64,000 nt of DNA from Macrostomum lignano (lineage: Eukaryota): the NCBI GenBank assembly GCA_002269645.1, contig NIVC01002514.1, positions 64,972-128,971 of the forward strand, in the 5' to 3' direction. A program made the translations under genes and the position numbers. The notes beneath the pieces are model-generated. The model saw only the letters and a program-made list of their open reading frames with translations. It ran no database searches and was not told where the DNA came from. This document shows positions 35,239-45,493 of this stretch, piece by piece. The number at the start of each line of letters is the position of its first letter. The stretch's first letter is position 1.

Positions 35239-36876
35239 CTAAACAGCGGATTCACAATTAGAGACAATGCGCTTGTTGGTAGCGATTGCACTACAAGATC
35301 TGGGCTTAGGACGAGGAGGACGAGTGTACACTGGGGCTGGGTGAGAGCCGGAGGGGTCTGGCTGGGGACGAGTGTACACTGGGGCTGGGTGAGAGCCGGA
35401 GGGGTCTGGCTGGGGACGAGTGTACACTGGGGCTGGGTGAGAGCCGGAGGGGTATGGCTGGGGACGAGTGTACACTGGGGCTGGGTGAGAGCCGGAGGGG
35501 TATGGCTGGGGACGAGTGTACACTGGGGCTGGGTGAGAGCCGGAGGGGTCTGGCTGGGGACGAGTGTACACTGGGGCTGGGTGAGAGCCGGAGGGGTCGG
35601 GCTGGGGACGAGTGTACACTGGGGCTGGGTGAGAGCCGGAGGGGTCGGGCTGGGGACGAGTGTACACTGGGGCTGGGTGAGAGCCGGAGGGGTCTGGCTG
35701 GGGACGAATGTACACTGGCGCTGGGTGAGAGCCGGAGGGGTCGGGCTGGGGACGAGTGTACACTGGGGCTGGGTGAGAGCCGGAGGGGTCGGGCTGGGGA
35801 CGAGTGTACACTGGGGCTGGGTGAGAGCCGGAGGGGTCTGGCTGGGGACGAGTGTAAACTGGGGCTGGGTGAGAGCCGGAGGGGTCGGGCTGGGGTCGAG
35901 TGTACACTGGGGCTGGGTGAGAGCCGGAGGGGTCGGGCTGGGGACGAGTGTACACTGGGGCTGGGTGAGAGCCGGAGGGGTCTGGCTGGGGACGAGTGTA
36001 AACTGGGGCTGGGTGAGAGCCGGAGGGGTCGGGCTGGGGACGAGTGTACACTGGGGCTGGGTGAGAGCCGGAGGGGTCTGGCTGGGGACGAGTGTACACT
36101 GGGGCTGGGTGAGAGCCGGAGGGGTCGGGCTGGGGACGAATGTACACTGGGGCTGGGTGAGAGCCGGAGGGGTCTGGCTGGGGACGAGTGTACACTGGGG
36201 CTGGGTGAGAGCCGGAGGGGTCGGGCTGGGGACGAGTGTACACTGGGGCTGGGTGAGAGCCGGAGGGGTCTGGCTGGGGACGAGTGTACACTGGGGCTGG
36301 GTGAGAGCCGGAGGGGTCGGGCTGGGGACGAGTGTACACTGGGGCTGGGTGAGAGCCGGAGGGGTCTGGCTGGGGACGAGTGTACACTGGGGCTGGGTGA
36401 GAGCCGGAGGGGTCGGGCTGGGGACGAGTGTACACTGGGGCTGGGTGAGAGCCGGAGGGGTCTGGCTGGGGACGAGTGTACACTGGGGCTGGGTGACGCA
36501 TGCCGCTGGAACGCGAATAGTACACTGGACGTAGATGAGGATTAGTTGACGATCTTTGCACTCGCCGTCGAGAAGGCAAGTGAGCTCGGTGAGCCCCAGA
36601 GCAAATGCCATTCGACTGCTTTCTAACACCATTTCTGCCGGCTTTTAAAGTGCCTAGTTTGCTATCGCGAATTTTACGGTTGACAGAAGTTTTTCGTTGC
36701 TGCTTAATTCGCCTGAGCCCGGGATCGTCAATGTATAGCAGGAGCAATTGGACAAGTACAAAGGCCAGAGTGCCCAGCAACGGGGCGGCAACGTTTACCC
36801 ACAGAGGCCAATAAGCCGCATCTTGGGGTCTGGGCGTCTTTGAAGTTGTCCAAGTCTCCGCTGCTTCCGTAAGCAT
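35239..36876 (-). CDS. ORF starting with a paralogue of the TM exon and running in frame into a 48-bp minisatellite (true 3' structure uncertain)
   Basis: PRPQDAAYWPLWVNVAAPLLGTLAFVLVQLLLLYIDDPGLRR matches the 34344 exon. The repeat portion is open in several frames, so its coding status is unproven. Confidence 0.45.
   Translation of the reverse strand: MLTEAAETWTTSKTPRPQDAAYWPLWVNVAAPLLGTLAFVLVQLLLLYIDDPGLRRIKQQRKTSVNRKIRDSKLGTLKAGRNGVRKQSNGICSGAHRAHLPSRRRVQRSSTNPHLRPVYYSRSSGMRHPAPVYTRPQPDPSGSHPAPVYTRPQPDPSGSHPAPVYTRPQPDPSGSHPAPVYTRPQPDPSGSHPAPVYTRPQPDPSGSHPAPVYTRPQPDPSGSHPAPVYTRPQPDPSGSHPAPVYIRPQPDPSGSHPAPVYTRPQPDPSGSHPAPVYTRPQPDPSGSHPAPVYTRPQPDPSGSHPAPVYTRPQPDPSGSHPAPVYTRPQPDPSGSHPAPVYTRPQPDPSGSHPAPVYTRPQPDPSGSHPAPVYTRPQPDPSGSHPAPVYIRPQPDPSGSHPAPVYTRPQPDPSGSHPAPVYTRPQPDPSGSHPAPVYTRPQPDPSGSHPAPVYTRPQPYPSGSHPAPVYTRPQPYPSGSHPAPVYTRPQPDPSGSHPAPVYTRPQPDPSGSHPAPVYTRPPRPKPRSCSAIATNKRIVSNCESAV
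35320..36495 (+). repeat. 48-bp G-rich minisatellite, ~24 copies
   Basis: Unit CTGGGGCTGGGTGAGAGCCGGAGGGGTC(T/G)GGCTGGGGACGAGTGTACA. Confidence 0.95.
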
Positions 36877-37009
36877 ATTTATTAATTAAATTCATAAGCA
36901 TCAGCCGATGTTAGCATGAAACAAATAATAGAGAATTTCTGAACTATTTTAGGATAAATATAGACTATATAGACTACGATATTATACAGTATTATTAGTC
37001 ACCCAACCT

Positions 37010-37480
37010 TGTCAGGAGTCACTAAGCCTTGTCAGGAGTCACCAAACCTTTTAAGGAGTCACCCAACTTCGTCAGGAGTCGCCCAACCTCATCAGGAGTC
37101 ACCCAACCTCATCAGGAGTCACCCCATCCCGTCAGGGGTCACCTAACCTCATCAGGAGTCACCCCATCTCGTAAGGAGTCACCCGACCTCATCAGGAGTC
37201 ACCCCGTCTCGTCAGGGGTCACCTAACCTCATCAGGAGTCACCCAACCACATCAGGAGCCACCCCATCTCGTAAGGAGTCACCCGACCTCATCAGGAGTC
37301 GCCCCATCTCGTAAAGAGTCACCCGACCTCATCAGGAGTCACCCCATCTCGTCAGGGGTCACCTAACCTCATCAGGAGTCACCCCATCTCGTCAGGGGTC
37401 ACCTAACCTCATCAGGAATCACCCCATCTCGTCAGGGGTCACCTAACCTCCTCAGGAGTCACCCTACCTCGCCAGGAGCC
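37010..37480 (+). repeat. 20-bp minisatellite (ATCAGGAGTCACCCAACCTC and variants)
   Basis: Read directly. Confidence 0.9.
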
Positions 37481-38099
37481 ATCTGTTTCGGAATACTTGG
37501 TTGGTTATTATAAAATATGCTCAATTACTTATTATACAAAATAAAACAGACGAGCAGACACAACAATGTACTTTTTACTTCTAACACAAAAAATCATTTA
37601 CAACGCAAAATGTTTCGTACATACTACTCATGAGAACCAATGTTTCCAACAAATTAAAAATTTTAATTAAATACACATTACTTAGAGAGTCACTATTAAT
37701 TAATAAAAAGTAAATTAGATTAGGGAAGCAAAACTTATTAGAAGCCAAAATACCCAAGACTGACATTATAACGGAAAAAAACAGGAGACTTTCTATTTAA
37801 AGTTTAGTAGTATCGTGAAGAAATTACTAGATTATCAAATCAGTTTCCAAAACAAATATTTAATCAAGCAAAACGAGAGTTAAGAGAAATATAGGTAATA
37901 AGACCCTTTGGCAGACAATTAATGTCAGTAAGGAAAATGTAACAAAACCAATCGATAAACTAACAGACATTGCTTAACAATTCAATAGCACGTTGCCAAA
38001 CATTAATAAATATGTGATGCTACGGCTCCCACAAGTAGCTAAACTTGAGATAAAAGAGCGAGTGTGCACTGACGTGGGGCTGGGGTCAGGGACTGTACA

Positions 38100-40458
38100 T
38101 TGTGAGGTGGTGGGTGGGGTCAGGGAGAGAGGGAGAGAGTGTACACTGCGAGGTGGGGCCGGGGCTGGGATCAGGGAGAGTGTACACTGCGAGGTGGGGC
38201 CGGGGCTGGGATCAGGGAGAGAGTGTACACTGCGAGGTGGGGCCGGGGCTGGGATCAGGGAGAGTGTACACTGCGAGGTGGGGCCGGGGCTGGGATCAGG
38301 GAGAGTGTACACTGCGAGGTGGGGCCGGGGCTGGGATCAGGGAGAGAGTGTACACTGTGAGGTGGGGCCGGGGCTGGGATCAGGGAGAGAGTGTACACTG
38401 CGAGGTGGGGCCGGGGCTGGGATCAGGGAGAGTGTACACTGCGAGGTGGGGCCGGGGCTGGGATCAGGGAGAGAGTGTACACTGCGAGGTGGGGCCGGGG
38501 CTGGGATCAGGGAGAGTGTACACTGCGAGGTGGGGCCGGGGCTGGGATCAGGGAGAGAGTGTACACTGCGAGGTGTGGCCGGGGCTGGGATCAGGGAGAG
38601 TGTACACTGCGAGGTGGGGCCGGGGCTGGGATCAGGGAGAGAGTGTACACTGCGAGGTGTGGCCGGGGCTGGGATCAGGGAGAGTGAACACTGCGAGGTG
38701 GGGCCGGGGCTGGGATCAGGGAGAGAGTGTACACTGCGAGGTGGGGCCGGGGCTGGGATCAGGGAGAGTGTACACTGCGAGGTGGGGCCGGGGCTGGGAT
38801 CAGGGAGAGTGTACACTGCGAGGTGGGGCCGGGGCTGGGATCAGGGAGAGAGTGTACACTGCGAGGTGGGGCCGGGGCTGGGATCAGGGAGAGTGTACAC
38901 TGCGAGGTGGGGCCGGGGCTGGGATCAGGGAGAGAGTGTACACTGCGAGGTGGGGCCGGGGCTGGGATCAGGGAGAGTGTACACTGCGAGGTGGGGCCGG
39001 GGCTGGGATCAGGGAGAGAGTGTACACTGTGAGGTGGGGCCGGGGCTGGGATCAGGGAGAGAGTGTACACTGCGAGGTGGGGCCGGGGCTGGGATCAGGG
39101 AGAGTGTACACTGCGAGGTGGGGCCGGGGCTGGGATCAGGGAGAGTGTACACTGCGAGGTGGGGCCGGGGCTGGGATCAGGGAGAGAGTGTACACTGCGA
39201 GGTGGGGCCGGGGCTGGGATCAGGGAGAGTGTAAACTGCGAGGTGGGGCCGGGGCTGGGATCAGGGAGAGAGTGTACACTGTGAGGTGGGGCCGGGGCTG
39301 GGATCAGGGAGAGAGTGTACACTGCGAGGTGGGGCCGGGGCTGGGATCAGGGAGAGTGTACACTGCGAGGTGGGGCCGGGGCTGGGATCAGGGAGAGTGT
39401 ACACTGCGAGGTGGGGCCGGGGCTGGGATCAGGGAGAGAGTGTACACTGCGAGGTGGGGCCGGGGCTGGGATCAGGGAGAGTGTACACTGCGAGGTGGGG
39501 CCGGGGCTGGGATCAGGGAGAGAGTGTACACTGCGAGGTGGGGCCGGGGCTGGGATCAGGGAGAGTGTACACTGCGAGGTGGGGCCGGGGCTGGGATCAG
39601 GGAGAGTGTACACTGCGAGGTGGGGCCGGGGCTGGGATCAGGGAGAGAGTGTACACTGCGAGGTGTGGCCGGGGCTGGGATCAGGGAGAGTGTACACTGC
39701 GAGGTGGGGCCGGGGCTGGGATCAGGGAGAGAGTATACAGCGCGGTGGGGCCGGGGCTGGGATCAGGGAGAGAGTGTACACTGCGAGGTGGGGCCGGGGC
39801 TGGGATCAGGGAGAGTGTACACTGCGAGGTGGGGCCGGGGCTGGGATCAGGGAGAGAGTGTACACTGCGAGGTGGGGCCGGGGCTGGGATCAGGGAGAGT
39901 GTACACTGCGAGGTGGGGCCGGGGCTGGGATCAGGGAGAGTGTACACTGCGAGGTGGGGCCGGGGCTGGGATCAGGGAGAGTGTACACTGCGAGGTGGGG
40001 CCGGGGCTGGGATCAGGGAGAGAGTGTACACTGCGAGGTGGGGCCGGGGCTGGGATCAGGGAGAGTGTACACTGCGAGGTGGGGCCGGGGCTGGGATCAG
40101 GGAGAGAGTGTACACTGCGAGGTGGGGCCGGGGCTGGGATCAGGGAGAGTGTACACTGCGAGGTGGGGCCGGGGCTGGGATCAGGGAGAGAGTGTACACT
40201 GCGAGGTGTGGCCGGGGCTGGGATCAGGGAGAGTGTACACTGCGAGGTGGGGCCGGGGCTGGGATCAGGGAGAGAGTGTACACTGCGAGGTGTGGCCGGG
40301 GCTGGGATCAGGGAGAGTGTACACTGCGAGGTGGGGCCGGGGCTGGGATCAGGGAGAGAGTGTACACTGCGAGGTGGGGCCGGGGCTGGAATCAGGGAGA
40401 GAGTGTACACTGCGAGGTGGGGCCGGGGCTGGGATCAGGGAGAGTGTACACTGTGAGG
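38100..40458 (+). repeat. 40/42-bp minisatellite, ~56 copies, each with a canonical G-quadruplex motif
   Basis: Unit GAGTGTACACTGCGAGGTGGGGCCGGGGCTGGGATCAGGGA(GA). Confidence 0.95.
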
Positions 40459-40469
40459 TGAAAGCAATT

Positions 40470-41742
40470 GTGAGCCAAAAGTTTCCGGAATTTTTTCGAA
40501 TCGAACTTTTAGTGAATTTTTGTCTATGGAAAAGCTTAAAAGCAGCAACCATCTACTATGCTGTTGGCCAGCCTTATCATCACTCTTTAGCTTAGCATCG
40601 ATCAGTTTCCCAGACCCTGCCTACATAAGCCAGCAAACGCATTCAATGGAACTGCCAAGAACTGAATGGCAAGCAATTCTGCTCAGCCACTTTCATGCGG
40701 GACGCAACGCAGCCGAGGCACATCGCGAGTTGTTGCAGCTGATGGGCCCACATGCACCCTCCAAGTCATCGGTGTACGAGTGGTTCTCTTGCTTTGCTGA
40801 GGAGAACTATGAGCTGCAGGACAAGCCGAGGTCAGGCCGACCCCCTGCTGCTGATGGCAATGCCGTTCGCCAAGCCCTTGAGGACACTCCGGACTACAGC
40901 GTGCGCAAGCTGCCAGCTGCTACTGGGGTGTCCTGTGGCACGGTCCGGCGGAGCCTGCATGCTGCGGACAAGGTGCCGAAGAAGCCTACTCTGGTGCCCC
41001 ATGAGCTGACACCTCAGCAACTGAGAGCCAGGGTGGATGCGGCGACTTCGAATCTTCGCCAGGCCGGTTCGCCAAACTTTCTCAAGTCGATAATTGCTCA
41101 AGACGAGAAGTGGGTCTGCTATGAGAACCCAAGCACATCAGCCGTCTGGGTCGATGCTTCTGAAGAACCACCCAGCTGCCCAATGCGGAACCCCCACTGC
41201 GGCAAGGAGCTGCTCTCTTTCTGGTTCTGCTCGTCTGGCCCTGTTTTCTGGGAGGTCATCCCGCGTGGCATGGCTGTGAACGCGGAGGTGATCTGCAGCG
41301 AACTGTAGCAGGTTGCCCGTTTGCTGCGATCCGTGTGCCCGGGACACCGCGACAAGGTGCTCCTCTTCGACAATGCGCGGCCTCACAAAGCAAGACTCAC
41401 CCAGGCCAAGCTGGCAAGCCTGGGCTTCAGTGTTTTGCCCCACCCACCATACTCGCCAGACCTCTCGCCATGCGACTACCGTGTGTTCAGGTCTCTCCAG
41501 AGCTTTTGTGATGAACAGCGGTTCGCCAACAAGCAACATGTGGAGCAGGCAGTGCAGAAATGGATAGATTCAAGGCCTGCGAGCTTCTGGAGGGAGGGGA
41601 TTGAGGCATTGCCAGCAAGATGGGAGAGGGTCAGGGCCTTGAATGGCAAGTACATCACATCGCTGTAAACTGTTTGTACTTGACACTATTTGTTATAGTT
41701 TTCAATTGATCAAATTCCGGAAACTTTTGGCTCACCCTAATA
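40470..41742 (+). mobile_element. mariner (DD34D) transposon, near full length
   Basis: TIR GTGAGCCAAAAGTTTCCGGAATTT at the left and its inverse ending ...GGCTCACCCTAA|TA at the right; the outermost bases of the left TIR are missing or diverged. Confidence 0.9.
40646..41668 (+). pseudogene. mariner transposase with a single in-frame TAG (41306-41308)
   Basis: HTH region, LVPHEL, QDEKW, FDNARPH, YSPDLSPCDY; 34 residues between D2 and D3; both ORF halves are in the same frame. Confidence 0.9.
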
Positions 41743-42369
41743 CTTCAAAGCACTAGAAAGTGAAAAAGCAGATCAGAGGCAGAATATTTCAGAAATTAAA
41801 ATAAATTTAGCTATAATTGTATGATTACATGCGGACAACAGTTTAACTATTGAATACTCGTATTTTAACCCCTTAGAGACAACACAAAGACTGACGGTCA
41901 GAAAAAGAATTTCATTGACTTTTCATTTTAATTCCGCAAAAGTCATCAATCAGTTAAATTTGAACACTGCTAAAAGTTTTAAGAAAATAAACAGAAAATT
42001 GATTTAGAAATAAAACCGGATAAGCTAATAAAATGTTAATAAAATATGGCGTTCTCAACCAAGCTAATAACAAAACGATGCTGATATCTAAGCAGTTTAC
42101 AATGCTATAAACAAGATTAATTTATTAAATAATAACCTAGGAGAACAAAAATATTGAAATCAGAGCATATATCACCAGGCATTTCAATGAATTATGAATC
42201 AAGTTGTTGTTTAAAACAGAATTAATAATAGCACAGTGTTTAAGACTTAAGCAGTTAGTTTTGGTTACACCACTAGATCGTGTACTTTATCTGCAAGAAA
42301 CGATCTAAAAGTACATCAGGTTACAAAGAAAATACGGTAGTGATTGATGCTTCTAAAAGTACATATGCA

Positions 42370-42700
42370 CTAAAGGACCCAAATATATACAACTCTAAAA
42401 GCACACAAGACCCTGCACATAAGGATCCCCAGATAGAAGACTCTAAAAGTACACAGCACCCTACACTTAAGGATCCCAGATAGAAGACTCTTAAAGTACA
42501 CAACACCCTGCACTTAAGGATCCCCAGATAGAAGACTCTTAAAGTACACAACACCCTGCACTTAAGGATCCCCAGATAGAAGACTCTTAAAGTACACAAG
42601 ACCCTGCACTTAAGGATCCCCAGATAGAAGACTCTTAAAGTACACAACACCCTGCACCTAAGGACCCAAATAGGTGACTCTAAAAGTACACAAGCTAGTA
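42370..42700 (+). repeat. ~48-bp minisatellite, 6-7 copies
   Basis: AAGGATCCCCAGATAGAAGACTCTTAAAGTACACAACACCCTGCACTT. Confidence 0.9.
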
Positions 42701-42914
42701 TCTAGGGCAGTTTAGATAGAGACTTCGAATTGGACAAAGTGAGTGAAATTAAGATTGACTACCTCTATGGCAGAATTTGATTCTTTAAGCAAGTTTCTAT
42801 GGCAAAAAGCTGACTAATTGCACTCATTTCGTCTAGTTTACCTTTAACAAATCAGAAGATAAAAAGGGAAATAATATGTAGTTACTCGACCAGCTAAGTC
42901 GACCTCACTTATGT

Positions 42915-45354
42915 TTACTTTCTTCGATTATTAAAGGGTCCACCGCCGCCGCCACCGCCGCGCCAACTACCCCGGTAGTGCTGCCGAGACGGTTGAAAAC
43001 CAGCCGATGGCATGGGAGGCCCGCCGCCGCCTCGATAAATAGCAGTAGAAGCCGCGTGCTGCTGCTGCTGCTGCTGTCGCTGAGCCGGCTGAACTCCCAC
43101 CGTTCCAATGGCGGGTATGGGAGGACCGCCGGCTTCGCCTCCTCCGTTGCCGCCTATAGAAAAAGTTTGTGACATTATAGAAGACTAATAAAATAAGTCC
43201 AAATGAAAAACGTTTCAAAAAAATGAAACAATACAAATGGCAACAAATTCTGATGCAATATAAACCAATACCGTTGAATCCTCGGTGACCCGACCAGTAA
43301 TGACCTAGCAATCCGATAGATTTATTAAAAATCGCAGATAATTTTTAATTACTTCATTACTTACAGTTAGACAATTCGAATCATATTTCATATCAAAGTA
43401 AAATTTCCTTCCACATTAACTATACAATTAATCGTGCACTTGAATAGCCTTAGAAATAGATTCTTTTTAAAGTACATTAGATCCTGAACTTAAAAGTATC
43501 TTAAACTGTCAGGGGAAGGAGGTGGAATGTAGTAGAATGTCAGGGTAGGCAGTTGAGTGTCAGGGTAGGCAGTTGAGTGTCAGGGTAGGCAGTGGAGTGT
43601 CAGGGGAGGATTGGAGGAAGTGGAGTGTCAGGGGAGGCAGTGGAGTGTCAGGGTAGGCAGTGGAGTGTCAGGGGAGGCAGTGGAGTGTCAGGGGAGGCAG
43701 TAAAGTGTCAGAGGAGGCAGTAAAGTGTCAGAGGAGGCAGTAAAGTGTCAGGGGAGGCAGTGGAGTGTCAGGGGAGGCAGTGGAGTGTCAGGGTAGGCAG
43801 TGGAGTGTCAGGGGAGGCAGTGGAGTGTCAGGGGAGGCAGTGGAGTGTCAGAGAAGGTAGTGGAGTGTCAGAGAAGGCAGTGGAGTGTCAGAGAAGGCAG
43901 TGGAGTGTCAGAGAAGGCAGTGGTGTCAGAGAAGGCAGTGGAGTGTCAGGGGAGGCAGTGGAGTGTCAGGGAGGCAGTAAAGTGTCAGGGAGGCAGTGAA
44001 GTGTCAGAGGAGCCAGTGAAGTGTCAGAGGAGGCAGTGGAGTGTCAGGGGAGGCAGTGGAGTGTCAGGGAAGGCAGTGGAGTGTCAGAGGAGGCAGTGGA
44101 GTGTCAGGGGAGGCAGTGGAGTGTCAGGGGAGGCAGTGGAGTGTCAGGGAAGGCAGTGGAGTGTCAGGGAAGGCAGTGAAGTGTCAGGACTTTTGGATTA
44201 TTTTGAGTCTGCACTTGCTCAGAATACTTGTCTCAAAGCACTGAATTTGCGCAGTTAATCTGTCCTTATCGACATTATCACCCCACCGCAGCTCTCGGTA
44301 GCCAATCTGCAGCAGTTCAGAGAAGAAGTCAGTCAGTTTTGTTGCAAAAGCTGATAACAGCACAATAACATAACTGGCATAGAAGCGTCGCCCTTGCTGT
44401 TACTATGGTTACGCCCATGAGCGGCGAAAAACTTTCTTTACTCAGTATCTTAGTATCCTTGGTCGCATGGCTGCTACAAGGGGGCCGTAGCCAATGCTCT
44501 GATGTTCCAGCGGCCCAGGCTCGATTCCAAGTGCAGTCACATTAATTTGGGGCTGAATTGGAATCTCGGCTTGGCTCTGCTCGTGCAATTAACGGCCTTA
44601 AGAGCCAACCCCCCAAGGCGCAGTGAAGTGTACATGCCTAACGATAAATAAAGTTAGGGCCGCTGTGCACTCCTGTGTGAGTGTGTGCCTGTGCGTATGA
44701 CTGCGTACGTATCCGCGCGCTTGTGTGCCTGCTCAGGGGAGTCGGCGGAATGGGCAGCAATGCCTCTCGCCGGTTGTGTGACAATGTCGATTAAAGTGCG
44801 CCAGGGTGCACGCAGCCACCCAGCCTCTAACTAACTAAAGAACCACATTCACAGTATCTACCTGCCAGTGTTGACAACAGCCGCCATTGCTGGGGCGGCA
44901 GCTGCTGGGGTGGCGGCTGCTGCGACTGCTGGGTCGGCTGTGGGCCCCAGGTAAAGACAGGGAACGCCTGCGGACTGCCGCGCAGCCTTAGCTCCTCAGG
45001 ACCGGCCGGCAAGATGGCCAGCGGGATGAGCAGGTCGGGCAGGCCGGCAGCTCGTAGCACCACTGGCTGGTAGGCGGCCGATGGAGCCGGGGATGCTGGG
45101 GCATCGGCGCTAGGCATCGTTGATGATGAAGCAGAGCCGAGGCTGGACTGGCGCATGTAGAGAATGGCCGGGCCGCCAGTGGGACCGCTCTCTGCCGGGG
45201 CCAGCTGGGGCCGCGACTGCTGGTCGATTTGGACCTGGTCGGGAGGCAGGGCAGCGCTGGGTTGGATGGGGTGACTGATAAAAGAGGATTTGGTAGAACG
45301 AATAATAGAACGGACAATGACAGGGGATAGCAAACAGAAAATTACCGGCTAGAC

Positions 45355-45435
<81 letters not shown>

Positions 45436-45460
45436 GACAGACAGACAGACAGAGACAGAC

Positions 45461-45493
<33 letters not shown>

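Noticed and set aside
37010-37480. Tandem CTGATGAG motifs on the minus strand as hammerhead multimers
   Set aside because: No GAAA half-core in the unit.
41306-41308. Programmed stop read-through in the mariner transposase
   Set aside because: A single C>T nonsense mutation is simpler, and the damaged left TIR indicates a dead copy.
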